Below are positions 12,967 to 24,771 of a DNA stretch of 64,000 nt, piece by piece. Under the pieces are notes generated by a model. That model saw only the letters and a list, made by a program, of their open reading frames with translations, was not told where the DNA came from and did not search any database. Position numbers and translations under genes: made by a program. The stretch is from assembly GCA_034434155.1 (NCBI GenBank), contig DAOUAC010000033.1, positions 15,217 through 79,216 of the forward strand, in the 5' to 3' direction. This stretch comes from Anaerolineaceae bacterium. GTDB taxonomy: Bacteria > Chloroflexota > Anaerolineae > Anaerolineales > Anaerolineaceae. The number at the start of each line of letters is the position of its first letter. Position 1 is the first letter of the stretch.

Positions 12967-13208
12967 GAAGGATCAAAACATGCAAATCTTGTATACAGAA
13001 AGCATCAATGTATGATCTATCCACTAGAATCCTGTCTCTATTTTGAGTATACTGGTTCTTAATATCGAAAACGAATATTTTCCCGTTAAGCGAAAAACGG
13101 GGAGCATTGGAACGAATGCGTTCATTACAGCCAGCCGCTTAAGGGTTTCAGAACAACCCATTCAAGGTTTGTAGGCCCCATTTGGGTTGACGAGATAAGG
13201 ATAAAACC

Positions 13209-14183
13209 ATGACAGACAAAGGAATTCAGTCAATGCAGAGCCTCAAGAACAGCCTGGGGCAGCAGAAGTACATCGCCAGTGACGAGATTGCTACCGTCCT
13301 GTTCCTGGCTCAACAGTTAGGCAAACCGGTTCTGACGGAAGGCCCGGCGGGCGTGGGCAAAACAGAACTGGCGAAGGCCATGGCCGGCGTAACCGGACGC
13401 GAGTTGATCCGCTTGCAGTGCTATGAAGGGTTGGATGAAACCAAGGCCCTGTATGAATGGGAATACGCCAAGCAACTGCTCTATACTCAGTTGCTGCGCG
13501 ACAAGCTGCACGATACCCTCGCCAACACCCACAGCCTTAAAGAGGCCGCCGACCGCCTGAGCATGGAAGAGGATGTTTTCTTCTCGATGCGCTTCCTGCT
13601 CCAGCGTCCTCTGCTGCGGGCTATCCTCAGCGAGAAGCCCACCGTCCTGCTAATTGATGAGATTGATCGCGCTGACGCCGAGTTTGAGGCCTTCTTGCTT
13701 GAAGTCCTCAGCGATTTCCAGATCAGCGTGCCTGAAATTGGAACGTTACAGGCCGTTCACCGCCCGCTTGTGATCCTTACCAGCAACAATACCCGCGAGC
13801 TTTCTGAGGCGCTCAAGCGCCGCTGTCTGTACCTGTTCATTGACTACCCTGCCCTCGAACAGGAATTGGCGGTAGTGCGTCTGAAAGTGCCAGAACTTTC
13901 GCCCAAACTGGCCCGCCAGGCTGTGGAACTGGTGCAGAGCCTGCGCAGTATGGATTTGCGCAAAGCGCCCAGCATCAGCGAAACCCTCGATTGGGCCAAA
14001 GCCCTGGTGACGCTGAACGCCGACAACCTCGATAAAAACACCCTCGAAACCACTCTCTCCGTGCTGCTCAAGCACGAAACCGACCTTCAGCGCGCCAAAC
14101 GCCAGCTCTTTAATGCCAGCCAGCCCCCGCGCGACCGCCGCCAGGACAGCGGCCTGGGCACTTCGGCCCGCTGGCAGAACTGA
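13209..14183 (+). CDS. MoxR-family AAA+ ATPase (CoxD-like)
   Basis: Walker A GPAGVGKT, Walker B LLIDEIDRA, and LQCYEGLDETKALYEWEY typical of the CoxD/MoxR subgroup. RBS aagga upstream. Confidence 0.9.
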   Translation: MTDKGIQSMQSLKNSLGQQKYIASDEIATVLFLAQQLGKPVLTEGPAGVGKTELAKAMAGVTGRELIRLQCYEGLDETKALYEWEYAKQLLYTQLLRDKLHDTLANTHSLKEAADRLSMEEDVFFSMRFLLQRPLLRAILSEKPTVLLIDEIDRADAEFEAFLLEVLSDFQISVPEIGTLQAVHRPLVILTSNNTRELSEALKRRCLYLFIDYPALEQELAVVRLKVPELSPKLARQAVELVQSLRSMDLRKAPSISETLDWAKALVTLNADNLDKNTLETTLSVLLKHETDLQRAKRQLFNASQPPRDRRQDSGLGTSARWQN

Positions 14184-14229
14184 ATTGACCGGTAGTTGTG
14201 CAATCGCTTTTGTAAGGAAGGAGATTTGA

Positions 14230-15606
14230 ATGGATCAAAGGATTGCGCAGTTCATCGCCGCGCTGCGAGCCAGTGGAGTTCGCATCAGCCTGGCTGAAAG
14301 CGCAGACGCTTTTCAGGCGGTTGACGAGGTTGGCATCATGGATCGCGATACCTTCCGCATTGGCCTGCGCACCACCCTTGTCAAAGAAGCTCGCGACCTA
14401 GACACTTTTGAAAAACTGTTCCCATTGTTCTTCCAATCGAGCGCGCCCCCTCCCATGATGGATGCCACCAAGGGCATGACCCCTCAAGAAGCGCAGATGC
14501 TGGCGCAGGCCCTGCGCCAGTTCACGGAAGAGATGCGGCAAATGCTCGAAAAGCTCCTCAAAGGACAGCCCCTATCGCAGCAAGAACTGCGCCAGCTCGA
14601 TCAGATGATGAACATGGATGGCATTAACGACATGCGCTATCAGAACTGGCTGACCCGCCAGATGGAAGAAGCGATGAAGTTCAAAGAAGTGCGCCAGGCC
14701 ATGGAAGAACTGCTGAAAATGCTGCGCGAGATGGGCATGAACCGCCAGCAAATTGACCAGCTACGCGAGGCCATGCAGGCCAACCAACAGGCCCTCCAGG
14801 AACAGCTCCGCCAGCATGCCGGTGAGGCCATCGCCCAGAACATGGTGAATAAACCGCGTGAAGAAGATACCGATGGCGCGATGAACCGTCCCTTCCGGGC
14901 GCTCTCGGAAGAAGATATGCAAACCCTGCGCAAAGAAGTGCGCCGCCTGGCGGCGGCCCTGCGCACCCGCCTGGCTCTGCGCCTCCGCCGCGCCCGCACC
15001 GGTCAGCTAGATCCCAAAGGCACGCTGCGTGTTAATATGAAACACGACAGCGTCCCCATCGTACTGAAGCACCGTGATCATACCCTCAAGCCCAAAGTCG
15101 TGGTCATCTGCGACATCAGTACATCCATGCGCTACACCTCCGAATTGATGCTCAGCATGCTTTTTGCCATCCAGGATCAGATCAGCAAAACCCACGCGTT
15201 CGCGTTCATTGACCACCTGGAATACATCACCCCCTATTTCCAGGGCAAGGACCCCTCCGACGCCGTCCGTGAAATCCTGTACCTAATGCCCTCCGGCCAT
15301 TACAACACCGACCTGGGCAGCAGCCTGCTGAGTTTCTCCAAAGAATTTATGGATACGGTGGATCACCGCAGCACGCTGATCTTCGTGGGCGATGGTCGTA
15401 ACAATTTTAACGACCCCCGGCTGGATATTTTCCACACCCTGGCGCGGCGCAGCCGGGCGACCATCTGGCTTAACCCCGAACCGGCGGCTCTGTGGGGGAC
15501 CGGCGATTCGGATATGCTCAAATATGCTCCATACTGCGGGCGTATTTTCCAGGTGGGCAACCTGGCACAGCTTGCCGACGCCGTCGACCAGCTACTGCTT
15601 CACTAA
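14230..15606 (+). CDS. VWA domain protein (CoxE-like)
   Basis: CoxE-like N-terminus (IAQFIAALRASGVRISLAE), Q/M/E-rich coiled middle, C-terminal VWA with MIDAS DxSxS (VVICDISTSM). Strong RBS aaggaaggag. Confidence 0.85.
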   Translation: MDQRIAQFIAALRASGVRISLAESADAFQAVDEVGIMDRDTFRIGLRTTLVKEARDLDTFEKLFPLFFQSSAPPPMMDATKGMTPQEAQMLAQALRQFTEEMRQMLEKLLKGQPLSQQELRQLDQMMNMDGINDMRYQNWLTRQMEEAMKFKEVRQAMEELLKMLREMGMNRQQIDQLREAMQANQQALQEQLRQHAGEAIAQNMVNKPREEDTDGAMNRPFRALSEEDMQTLRKEVRRLAAALRTRLALRLRRARTGQLDPKGTLRVNMKHDSVPIVLKHRDHTLKPKVVVICDISTSMRYTSELMLSMLFAIQDQISKTHAFAFIDHLEYITPYFQGKDPSDAVREILYLMPSGHYNTDLGSSLLSFSKEFMDTVDHRSTLIFVGDGRNNFNDPRLDIFHTLARRSRATIWLNPEPAALWGTGDSDMLKYAPYCGRIFQVGNLAQLADAVDQLLLH

Positions 15607-15623
15607 GAAGCTAGCAAGTGTCG

Positions 15624-15663
15624 GGGTTGCAGCCGGGCGTGTACATACGTCCGGCTGCAACCC
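15624..15663 (+). terminator. Hairpin downstream of the VWA gene (no U-tract)
   Basis: 13-bp stem gggttgcagccgg/ccggctgcaaccc with a 14-nt loop. Confidence 0.4.
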
Positions 15664-15862
15664 TGCAGATCCCAAAGAGACTCTAATTTACCAGGATGAT
15701 TCGAGCAAGCTCGTGTTATAATTTTAATAGTGTTTGCGGTATTAAATGTGGGAAAACCAGCGAACACTGGCTGTATCTATCTGAGGGTCCCAGGGCCGCC
15801 CTGGGCAAACGACAGCCTCAACCGGTAGGGTCTTGATCCAATACGACCTCGTTGGAGAAGCT

Positions 15863-16321
15863 ATGGAAGAAAACACAAGCGTCCCTGCACTACCACCCTC
15901 CCAGCCAGGACCGGGGGAAACATCTGGGGATGGACAGAAGTCGAGGACCGGTGTCATTCTCGCAATCGTCGGCGCGGTGTTCCTGATCCTGATAATTGCA
16001 GCCGCGGTGCTGTTGATTCGTTCTGATAATGAAACCACCGGCCGAGTGCGAGACGTATTCATCATCTTTATGGCGCTTGAATCAATCATCATCGGCGCCG
16101 CCCTGGTCATCTTAATTGTGCAACTGGCTACGCTCATCAACCTGTTACAGAATGAGCTAAAGCCGATCATCCAGTCAACCAACGAAACCGTGAACACCCT
16201 TAAAGGTACTGTTTCTTTCATCAGTGATAACGTCACCGAACCGGTGATTAAGCTGAACGCCTATCTTGCCGGCGTCAAGCAGTTCTTTGATCTGATGAAA
16301 CCGGGCAAGAAACGTCGTTGA
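15863..16321 (+). CDS. Small membrane protein, DUF948-like (YtxG-type)
   Basis: TM helices followed by a coiled segment (LLQNELKPIIQSTNETVNTLKGTV). ATG at 15863 is preceded by ggaga; the track start 15833 is TTG. Confidence 0.55.
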   Translation: MEENTSVPALPPSQPGPGETSGDGQKSRTGVILAIVGAVFLILIIAAAVLLIRSDNETTGRVRDVFIIFMALESIIIGAALVILIVQLATLINLLQNELKPIIQSTNETVNTLKGTVSFISDNVTEPVIKLNAYLAGVKQFFDLMKPGKKRR

Positions 16322-16382
16322 CCCCCCAGACCGTTGTGGACTGGAGTTGAGCAAACCAGACTAACCAAAGGAGATCTACACA

Positions 16383-16751
16383 ATGGCTGAACGTGATGAA
16401 TTTGGAGCGTTCCTGATCGGATTTATTATCGGCGCACTGACCGGCGCGGCTGTTTCTCTGCTGATGGCCCCCCAGAGCGGCGAAGAAACGCGCGGCTATC
16501 TGAAAGAACGGGCCATCGAACTGCGCGACAAGGCCGCCGAAACCGCCCAATCTACCTATGAACAGGTCGGTCAAACCGCTGCGGACGTGCGCCAGCGGGC
16601 CAGCGAACTGGCTGATCGCGCCAAGACCAGCGCCGAAGAACTACAGCGCCGTGGCCAGGTGGTGATCGAAGAACAGCGCGCGAAAATCACCGACCGGGTT
16701 CAGAGCCTCCGCAAGCGCGGCGAAGAAGAGGCCGGGGCCGAAAGCGCCTAA
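16383..16751 (+). CDS. YtxH-domain protein
   Basis: GFIIGALTGAAVSLLMAPQSGEETRGYLKERA is the YtxH signature. RBS aaggag. Confidence 0.8.
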   Translation: MAERDEFGAFLIGFIIGALTGAAVSLLMAPQSGEETRGYLKERAIELRDKAAETAQSTYEQVGQTAADVRQRASELADRAKTSAEELQRRGQVVIEEQRAKITDRVQSLRKRGEEEAGAESA

Positions 16752-16772
16752 AACCGACCTTCCCCAACCCAG

Positions 16773-16811
16773 AGCATTTCAAAAATACCCAGAGGGGGTT
16801 TTTGAAATGCT
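16773..16811. terminator. Bidirectional hairpin between ytxH-like gene and nnr
   Basis: 13-bp stem agcatttcaaaaa/tttttgaaatgct with a 13-nt loop. Confidence 0.55.
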
Positions 16812-16828
16812 TTGTTGCTTAAAAGGGG

Positions 16829-18445
16829 TTACCATACCCATGCCAGCACTTCTGGAAGGGCTTCGATCAGGTCACCGGCGAGTACCGCGGCTTCATGACC
16901 GAGACTCTCGGCGGCCAGCAGCCCGGCCTGAGCGTGCAGCCAGGCGCCAGCCAGGGCCGCTTCATAAGCGGCTGTGCCCTGAGCGCGCAGTCCGGCGATG
17001 ATCCCTGCCAGCACGTCGCCCGTCCCGGCGTGAGCCAGCGCCGAAGAGGCTACCGGAATAACTCCACAGCGGCCATCCGGCGCGGCGATAACGGTGATAG
17101 CCCCTTTGAGTACCACCACCTGCCCCCATTCTGCCGCCGAGTGACAGGCCGCAGCGAGCCGGTCGGCCTGAATGGTCTCTACCGCTTGGCCGGTGAGGAC
17201 TGCCATTTCGCCGGGGTGCGGGGTCAGTATGCTGTCTTGCGGCAAGAGCGCCGGCCAGTTGGGCAGACGCGCCAGCAGCTTAAGGCCGTCGGCGTCAATC
17301 ACCATGGGGGGCAGTTGCGCAGCCGAATCGGCAGCGCCCTCCCCTACCGGCGGCTGAACGAACCCAATGCCGCCGCGCCGGGCGGCCCGGCCCTGGCGAT
17401 CTACCAGGCGGCGGACAAATGCGGCGGTTGGCTCTTCAACGCCAAAGCCCGGCCCCCACAATAAGACGTTCACTCTACCCAGGTGCTTGCGCAGCACGTC
17501 CGCCGCGCCTTCGGCGATTACCCCCATTTCAGAGGGGAGCAGTACCCAGGTAGCCTCTGGAAAGTGGCCGGCCAGCGCGGCGTGGAGGGGGGCCGGAACC
17601 GCCGCCTGAACCAGACCTGCCCCCATGCGGTGCGCCGCGCGCGAACACAACAGCACCGCGCCGGTGTAATTAACCGAACCGGCGACAACCCCTACCGTGC
17701 CAAACGTCCCCTTGTGTGAATCAGCGCGGCGCTCTGGCAGAAGACTGCGCACCAGATCATCGTCAACGACCACACGCTGCACACGCTCCCAGGCAGGCAG
17801 CCCTGCGGGCAGGCCAATGTCCACGACCTCAATCTCTCCGGCCAACCGGTAAGCCGGGAATTTAAGCAGTCCAATTTTCACCGCCGCCATGCAAACGGTC
17901 ACGTCTGCCGGGATGGTCTCCTCCGCGGCCTGCCCACTGTCTAAATCCACGCCCGATGGGCAGTCTACGGCCACCACCGGCGGGCGGTTCTCCAGGCCGC
18001 GCACATGGGCTAATACTCGCGCGGCCTCGCCCACCAGCGGCAGGCGAATGCCCGTGCCGAAGATGCCATCCAGCAGTACAGTGCTGTTATTCACCCAATC
18101 CGTCAGCTTATGCAGTTCGGGGTCTTCGGCCACCGAGGTTACTGCGCCGCCCGCGGCCACCAGGCGCGCCACCAGCGGATCACCGGCGGGCCGGGGACGA
18201 ACCAGGTAAGCGCGCGCCTGCCAGCCCGCGCGCGCCAGGCTTTCCAGGGCAATCAGCGTATCGCCGCCGTTGTTGCCAGAACCCACCAGCCCGGTTGCAA
18301 CGCTGGTTTCTTCGTAGCCGTAAAAGGATAGAACAATCTCGGCCAGCCCCTGCCCGGCCTTTTCCATCATCTGCGCGTAGGTCCAGCCCTGCTCGTTGGC
18401 CTCGCGCTCAATTGCCTGCATCTCTGCAACGGTGACCAGTTTCAT
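16829..18445 (-). CDS. nnr: Bifunctional NAD(P)H-hydrate repair enzyme (epimerase + ADP-dependent dehydratase)
   Basis: YjeF_N region (GSGNNGGDTL) plus carbohydrate-kinase-like dehydratase (HAGTGDVLAG). ATG 18445 (MKLVTVAEMQAIE) is preferred over track start 18502. Confidence 0.9.
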   Translation of the reverse strand: MKLVTVAEMQAIEREANEQGWTYAQMMEKAGQGLAEIVLSFYGYEETSVATGLVGSGNNGGDTLIALESLARAGWQARAYLVRPRPAGDPLVARLVAAGGAVTSVAEDPELHKLTDWVNNSTVLLDGIFGTGIRLPLVGEAARVLAHVRGLENRPPVVAVDCPSGVDLDSGQAAEETIPADVTVCMAAVKIGLLKFPAYRLAGEIEVVDIGLPAGLPAWERVQRVVVDDDLVRSLLPERRADSHKGTFGTVGVVAGSVNYTGAVLLCSRAAHRMGAGLVQAAVPAPLHAALAGHFPEATWVLLPSEMGVIAEGAADVLRKHLGRVNVLLWGPGFGVEEPTAAFVRRLVDRQGRAARRGGIGFVQPPVGEGAADSAAQLPPMVIDADGLKLLARLPNWPALLPQDSILTPHPGEMAVLTGQAVETIQADRLAAACHSAAEWGQVVVLKGAITVIAAPDGRCGVIPVASSALAHAGTGDVLAGIIAGLRAQGTAAYEAALAGAWLHAQAGLLAAESLGHEAAVLAGDLIEALPEVLAWVW

Positions 18446-18627
18446 CGGATTCCCTATTTCGTCCTTTTGCTGCTTCAGCAGTTTCGCTTCTTTCTTTACC
18501 AATTATAAACCGGCCCTGGCCGATAAAACCATTCCAACCACCGTCGAAACGCCCCTGCTCAAACCAGCCATCTGGATAGGTTATAATCAATGACATTGCA
18601 ACTCTTGATTTTTGGGCGGTAATCTGA

Positions 18628-20184
18628 ATGCATAGAAAAACCATCCTTCTGGCAGTCTTTTTTTCGGGCATGACTTCACTTTCTCTCGAAATGGCGGCCT
18701 CGCGCCTGGTGGGCAATTATTTCGGGGCCAGCAACCTGGTATGGGCCTCGATCATTGGCCTGATCCTCATCTACCTTACCGTGGGCAACTGGTTGGGCGG
18801 CTTCTGGGCCGACCGCTTCCCTTCCTTCCGTGTTTTTTTTCAGATTTTGCTGTGGGGGGGCTTCACGATCTGTCTGATTCCCCTGGTAGGCCGCCCGGTG
18901 CTGATCTTTTCGGCCAACGCCTTCGATCAACTGCAAATGGGCGTCCTGATGGGGTCGTTCATCGCCGTTCTCATCCTGTTTCTCATCCCCGTCATCTTGC
19001 TGGGGACGGCCTCACCCTTCGCCATCCGTCTGGCAATCCATGATGCGCGCCGGGCAGGCAGCGTTTCTGGGATGCTGTACGCTGTCTCAACCCTGGGGGC
19101 GTTCATCGGAACCTTCCTGCCTGTTCTGGTGCTGATCCCAACCATCGGGACGTTCCGTACCTTCGCGGCAATCGCCGGGATGATGGTGCTGGTGGCATTA
19201 TTGGGCCTGTGGCGCACCGCGGGCGCGCGTCTCGCCGCCGCTTACCTGTGGATGCCTGTGGTGATCGCCCTGCTCTTCGGCCTGGGCGTGCGGGGCTTCG
19301 ACAAAGCCTCTCCCGGCCTGGTTGAAGAGGGTGAGTCGGCTTACAACTACTGGCAGGTGATCGAGCAAAATGGTTACTACTTCTTGCGCATGAACGAAGG
19401 GCAGGGCATGCACTCGGTTTACCACCCCACCGAGCTGAACTACTACGGCCCCTGGGAGCAGGTGCTGGCCGCGCCTTACTTTAACCCCGCGCCCTACGAT
19501 CCCAATCAGGTGAAAAGCCTGGCAATTGTCGGCCTGGCCGCCGGAACCACCGCCCGCCAGGCCGCCAGCGTTTACCCAAACATCCAAATAGACGGAATTG
19601 AGATTGATCCCGAAATTGTGGAAGTTGGGCGCAGGTATTTCGATATGAACCAGCCGAATCTGAACGTGATTGTGCAGGATGGGCGCTGGGGGCTGGCCCA
19701 CAGCAGTCGGCACTACGACATTATCAGCGTAGACGCCTACCGCCCGCCTTATATTCCCTGGCATCTCACCACCCAAGAGTTTTTTGAGATCGCCCGCGAC
19801 CACCTCGCCGAAAACGGCGTGCTGGTGATTAACGTGGGGCGTACCATTAACGACCGCCGCCTGATTAACGCCATTGGCGGGACCATCGCGGCAGTGTTCC
19901 CAACAGTGTATGTGATGGACGTGCCCGGGACGTTTAATTCAATCATCTACGCCACTCTGCGGCCAACTTCAGCCGCCAACCTCGAAGCCAACCTGGCCTA
20001 TTTAAAATCGCGTCCCGCAACGCACCCGCTCCTGCTCTACGCCGTCCAGACCGCACATGACCATCTGCGGCCCACGCCAGCCCCAGAGCAGGTCTTCACC
20101 GACGACCTGGCCCCTATTGAATGGATTACCAACAGCATGATCCTGGATTTCTTCCTATCTGGAGATGCGGAGAAACTGCAATGA
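18628..20184 (+). CDS. Membrane-fused spermidine-synthase-like protein
   Basis: About 7 N-terminal TM helices, then a spermidine-synthase-type Rossmann region (LAIVGLAAGTTARQ, YDIISVDAY). Confidence 0.8.
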   Translation: MHRKTILLAVFFSGMTSLSLEMAASRLVGNYFGASNLVWASIIGLILIYLTVGNWLGGFWADRFPSFRVFFQILLWGGFTICLIPLVGRPVLIFSANAFDQLQMGVLMGSFIAVLILFLIPVILLGTASPFAIRLAIHDARRAGSVSGMLYAVSTLGAFIGTFLPVLVLIPTIGTFRTFAAIAGMMVLVALLGLWRTAGARLAAAYLWMPVVIALLFGLGVRGFDKASPGLVEEGESAYNYWQVIEQNGYYFLRMNEGQGMHSVYHPTELNYYGPWEQVLAAPYFNPAPYDPNQVKSLAIVGLAAGTTARQAASVYPNIQIDGIEIDPEIVEVGRRYFDMNQPNLNVIVQDGRWGLAHSSRHYDIISVDAYRPPYIPWHLTTQEFFEIARDHLAENGVLVINVGRTINDRRLINAIGGTIAAVFPTVYVMDVPGTFNSIIYATLRPTSAANLEANLAYLKSRPATHPLLLYAVQTAHDHLRPTPAPEQVFTDDLAPIEWITNSMILDFFLSGDAEKLQ

Positions 20185-20855
20185 ACGCTACCCTCAAACG
20201 TGCCCTGATGGTTCTGATTACCGTCCTCATCCCCTTCTTCTTGATGATGACGGCCATCCGCATCCTGTTTACGCCCGCGTTTGTACAGCTTCAATACCGC
20301 GCTCCGGGCTTTCCAGAAGACCCCTATGGCTTTACGCTCGAAGACCGGCTGCACTGGTCGCGCGTTTCGCTCGATTATCTGCTCAACAATGCTGGCATCA
20401 ACTACCTGGGCGACCAGCGCCTGCCGGACGGCTCGCCGCTGTATAACGAGCGCGAGTTAAGCCACATGGTAGACGTTAAAATCCTGGTACAGCAGATGAT
20501 CCGCGCCTGGACGGCACTGCTGGTGGGGCTGGCAGGGCTGGGCATTTGGGCCTGGCGCGGCGGATGGCTGTCCTCTTTCGCGCGGGCCCTGTCGAATGGC
20601 GGTAAGCTGACCCTCGCCCTCATCGCTTTGATTCTGGTGTTCGTCGCCATCAGCTTCCGCCAGTTGTTTACGTATTTTCACCGGCTTTTCTTCGTCGGCG
20701 ACACCTGGCTTTTTAACTATTCTGATACGCTCATCCGCCTGTTTCCCCTGCCGTTCTGGCAGAATGGGTTTATCGCCATGGGCGTGATGACCATTCTGGG
20801 AGCAATCGCCCTGATCTGGGTAGGCCGCAGGTGGGGCCGGGCAACATCTAACTAA
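20181..20855 (+). CDS. TIGR01906/DUF1461 integral membrane protein (Lit-like)
   Basis: ATG 20181 overlaps the previous stop (ATGA). TM helices and ELSHMVDVK motif typical of DUF1461. Confidence 0.7.
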   Translation: MNATLKRALMVLITVLIPFFLMMTAIRILFTPAFVQLQYRAPGFPEDPYGFTLEDRLHWSRVSLDYLLNNAGINYLGDQRLPDGSPLYNERELSHMVDVKILVQQMIRAWTALLVGLAGLGIWAWRGGWLSSFARALSNGGKLTLALIALILVFVAISFRQLFTYFHRLFFVGDTWLFNYSDTLIRLFPLPFWQNGFIAMGVMTILGAIALIWVGRRWGRATSN

Positions 20856-21019
20856 ACTTATATACAATATTTATATTCTTCCGATCAACCCGTAGTATTG
20901 TGGTTAACAACTCGCCTGGATATCTCCGGCGGCTTTTAAAGCTATTATCTTGAAGTGGGGGCCAACCCTTTACCGGTGCATATTTTCCTGTCCCCGCTTC
21001 TTTTGAAAGGAGTAGGACT

Positions 21020-23608
<2,589 letters not shown>

Positions 23609-23611
23609 GAA

Positions 23612-23675
23612 GGCCTGTAAAAGACTACGCAAAGTGCGGGCCGCAACCCGCATTTTGCGTAGTCTTTTACAGGCC
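23612..23675. repeat. 64-nt near-perfect palindrome (about 29 bp stem incl. one G-T pair) just after clpB stop
   Basis: ggcctgtaaaagactacgcaaagtgcggg-ccgcaa-cccgcattttgcgtagtcttttacaggcc. Confidence 0.7.
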
Positions 23676-23804
23676 AAGACTGCGGCCCTCCGCCAGAAAC
23701 GCGCCGCGCCCGACAAACAGGTCTCAAGCACACCCAACCCACAGCCTCACTGGACGCCTGCTCCTTGTGACTACAAGGAACTTCCTACCGCCGGACGTAA
23801 GCAT

Positions 23805-23840
23805 CAGGCGGGCGTCGGGTTGTGACCCGACGCCCGCCTG
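23805..23840 (-). terminator. Hairpin downstream of the PIG-L gene
   Basis: 16-bp GC-rich stem caggcgggcgtcgggt/acccgacgcccgcctg, loop tgtg. Confidence 0.6.
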
Positions 23841-23851
23841 ACTCTTCGTGA

Positions 23852-24742
23852 TTAAACCGCAATTCCTTCAAATAAATCCTTCTCCGGGCGCATCCCCGGT
23901 TCGGGCGGCGGGTAAGCGCGCATATAGGTTTCGTACGAAGCCATCCAGCGGCGGAGGGCGGCAATGGGGCCGGTCATCATGCGCCCCCCGCCCTGGCTGG
24001 CGTGACAGGCGGTAGCCTCATCGCGGATTTTGGAGACCTTACGGTAGTCAATTCGCGCGTGGGTCGGGAAGTGGACTTCAGCAATCGACACCAGATCAAT
24101 GTCTTTGTTGGTTCCCAGGCGGCGCGGGTCCTGGCGAAAGAGGGGCATCAAGCGGACGAGGATGCGCAGCATGGCGCGCGGGAAGGTGTGATAGTACAGC
24201 TTGCAGGGTTGAAAGGTGGGTAAGTCGCCGGGGTAAGTTGGGTCTCCGGCGTAATCGAAGGCTTTCACCGTCGCCTGGTGCATGGCAATGTGATCCGGGT
24301 GGCGGTAGCCGCCAATGGGGTCAAAGGTGATGACCACCTGGGGCTTGAGCAGGCGGATGTAGTGCGTCACCTCAGCGGCGACCTGCTCAATGGGCTGGGC
24401 CACCAGCGCCTGGGGGTGGTGGTTATCGGGCGAGCCGGGCATACCCGAATCGCGGTAGTTGAGGAAAAAAACGCCTTTGAGGCCCAGGTTTTCCGCGGCA
24501 CAGCGCAGTTCCGATTCGCGCCGCTCGGCCACCGAGTTGAACCCGCGCAGATACTTGGGATCCATCTCGCCTACCTCGCCGCGCGTGGCGCAGATCAGGT
24601 ACACGTCTACGTTCTGGCGGGCGTACAGCGCCAGCGTGCCGCCCATCCCAAAAGTCTCATCGTCGGGGTGAGCCAATACCGCTAATAAAACCCTACGATT
24701 TTCCAATTTCTCATCCTCCCACAGCCGGTAGGTAACCGGCAA
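23852..24742 (-). CDS. PIG-L/LmbE-family N-acetylglucosaminyl deacetylase
   Basis: AHPDDETFGMGGT zinc-binding signature and HPDH motif. Confidence 0.85.
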   Translation of the reverse strand: MPVTYRLWEDEKLENRRVLLAVLAHPDDETFGMGGTLALYARQNVDVYLICATRGEVGEMDPKYLRGFNSVAERRESELRCAAENLGLKGVFFLNYRDSGMPGSPDNHHPQALVAQPIEQVAAEVTHYIRLLKPQVVITFDPIGGYRHPDHIAMHQATVKAFDYAGDPTYPGDLPTFQPCKLYYHTFPRAMLRILVRLMPLFRQDPRRLGTNKDIDLVSIAEVHFPTHARIDYRKVSKIRDEATACHASQGGGRMMTGPIAALRRWMASYETYMRAYPPPEPGMRPEKDLFEGIAV

Positions 24743-24771
24743 ACCGTTTTCAACTACCTACAGCAGTCAAA

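Noticed and set aside
13209-15606. MoxR-VWA pair considered as an NTP-dependent conflict/defence system.
   Set aside because: No effector, protease, nuclease or other conflict-type partner gene is adjacent. The motifs fit the CoxD/CoxE chaperone-like subgroup better. It is kept only as an orphan-client observation.
20856-21019. Searched the clpB upstream region for CIRCE (TTAGCACTC-N9-GAGTGCTAA) or HAIR (CTTGAGT-N7-ACTCAAG) heat-shock operators.
   Set aside because: No convincing match to either consensus was found by eye.
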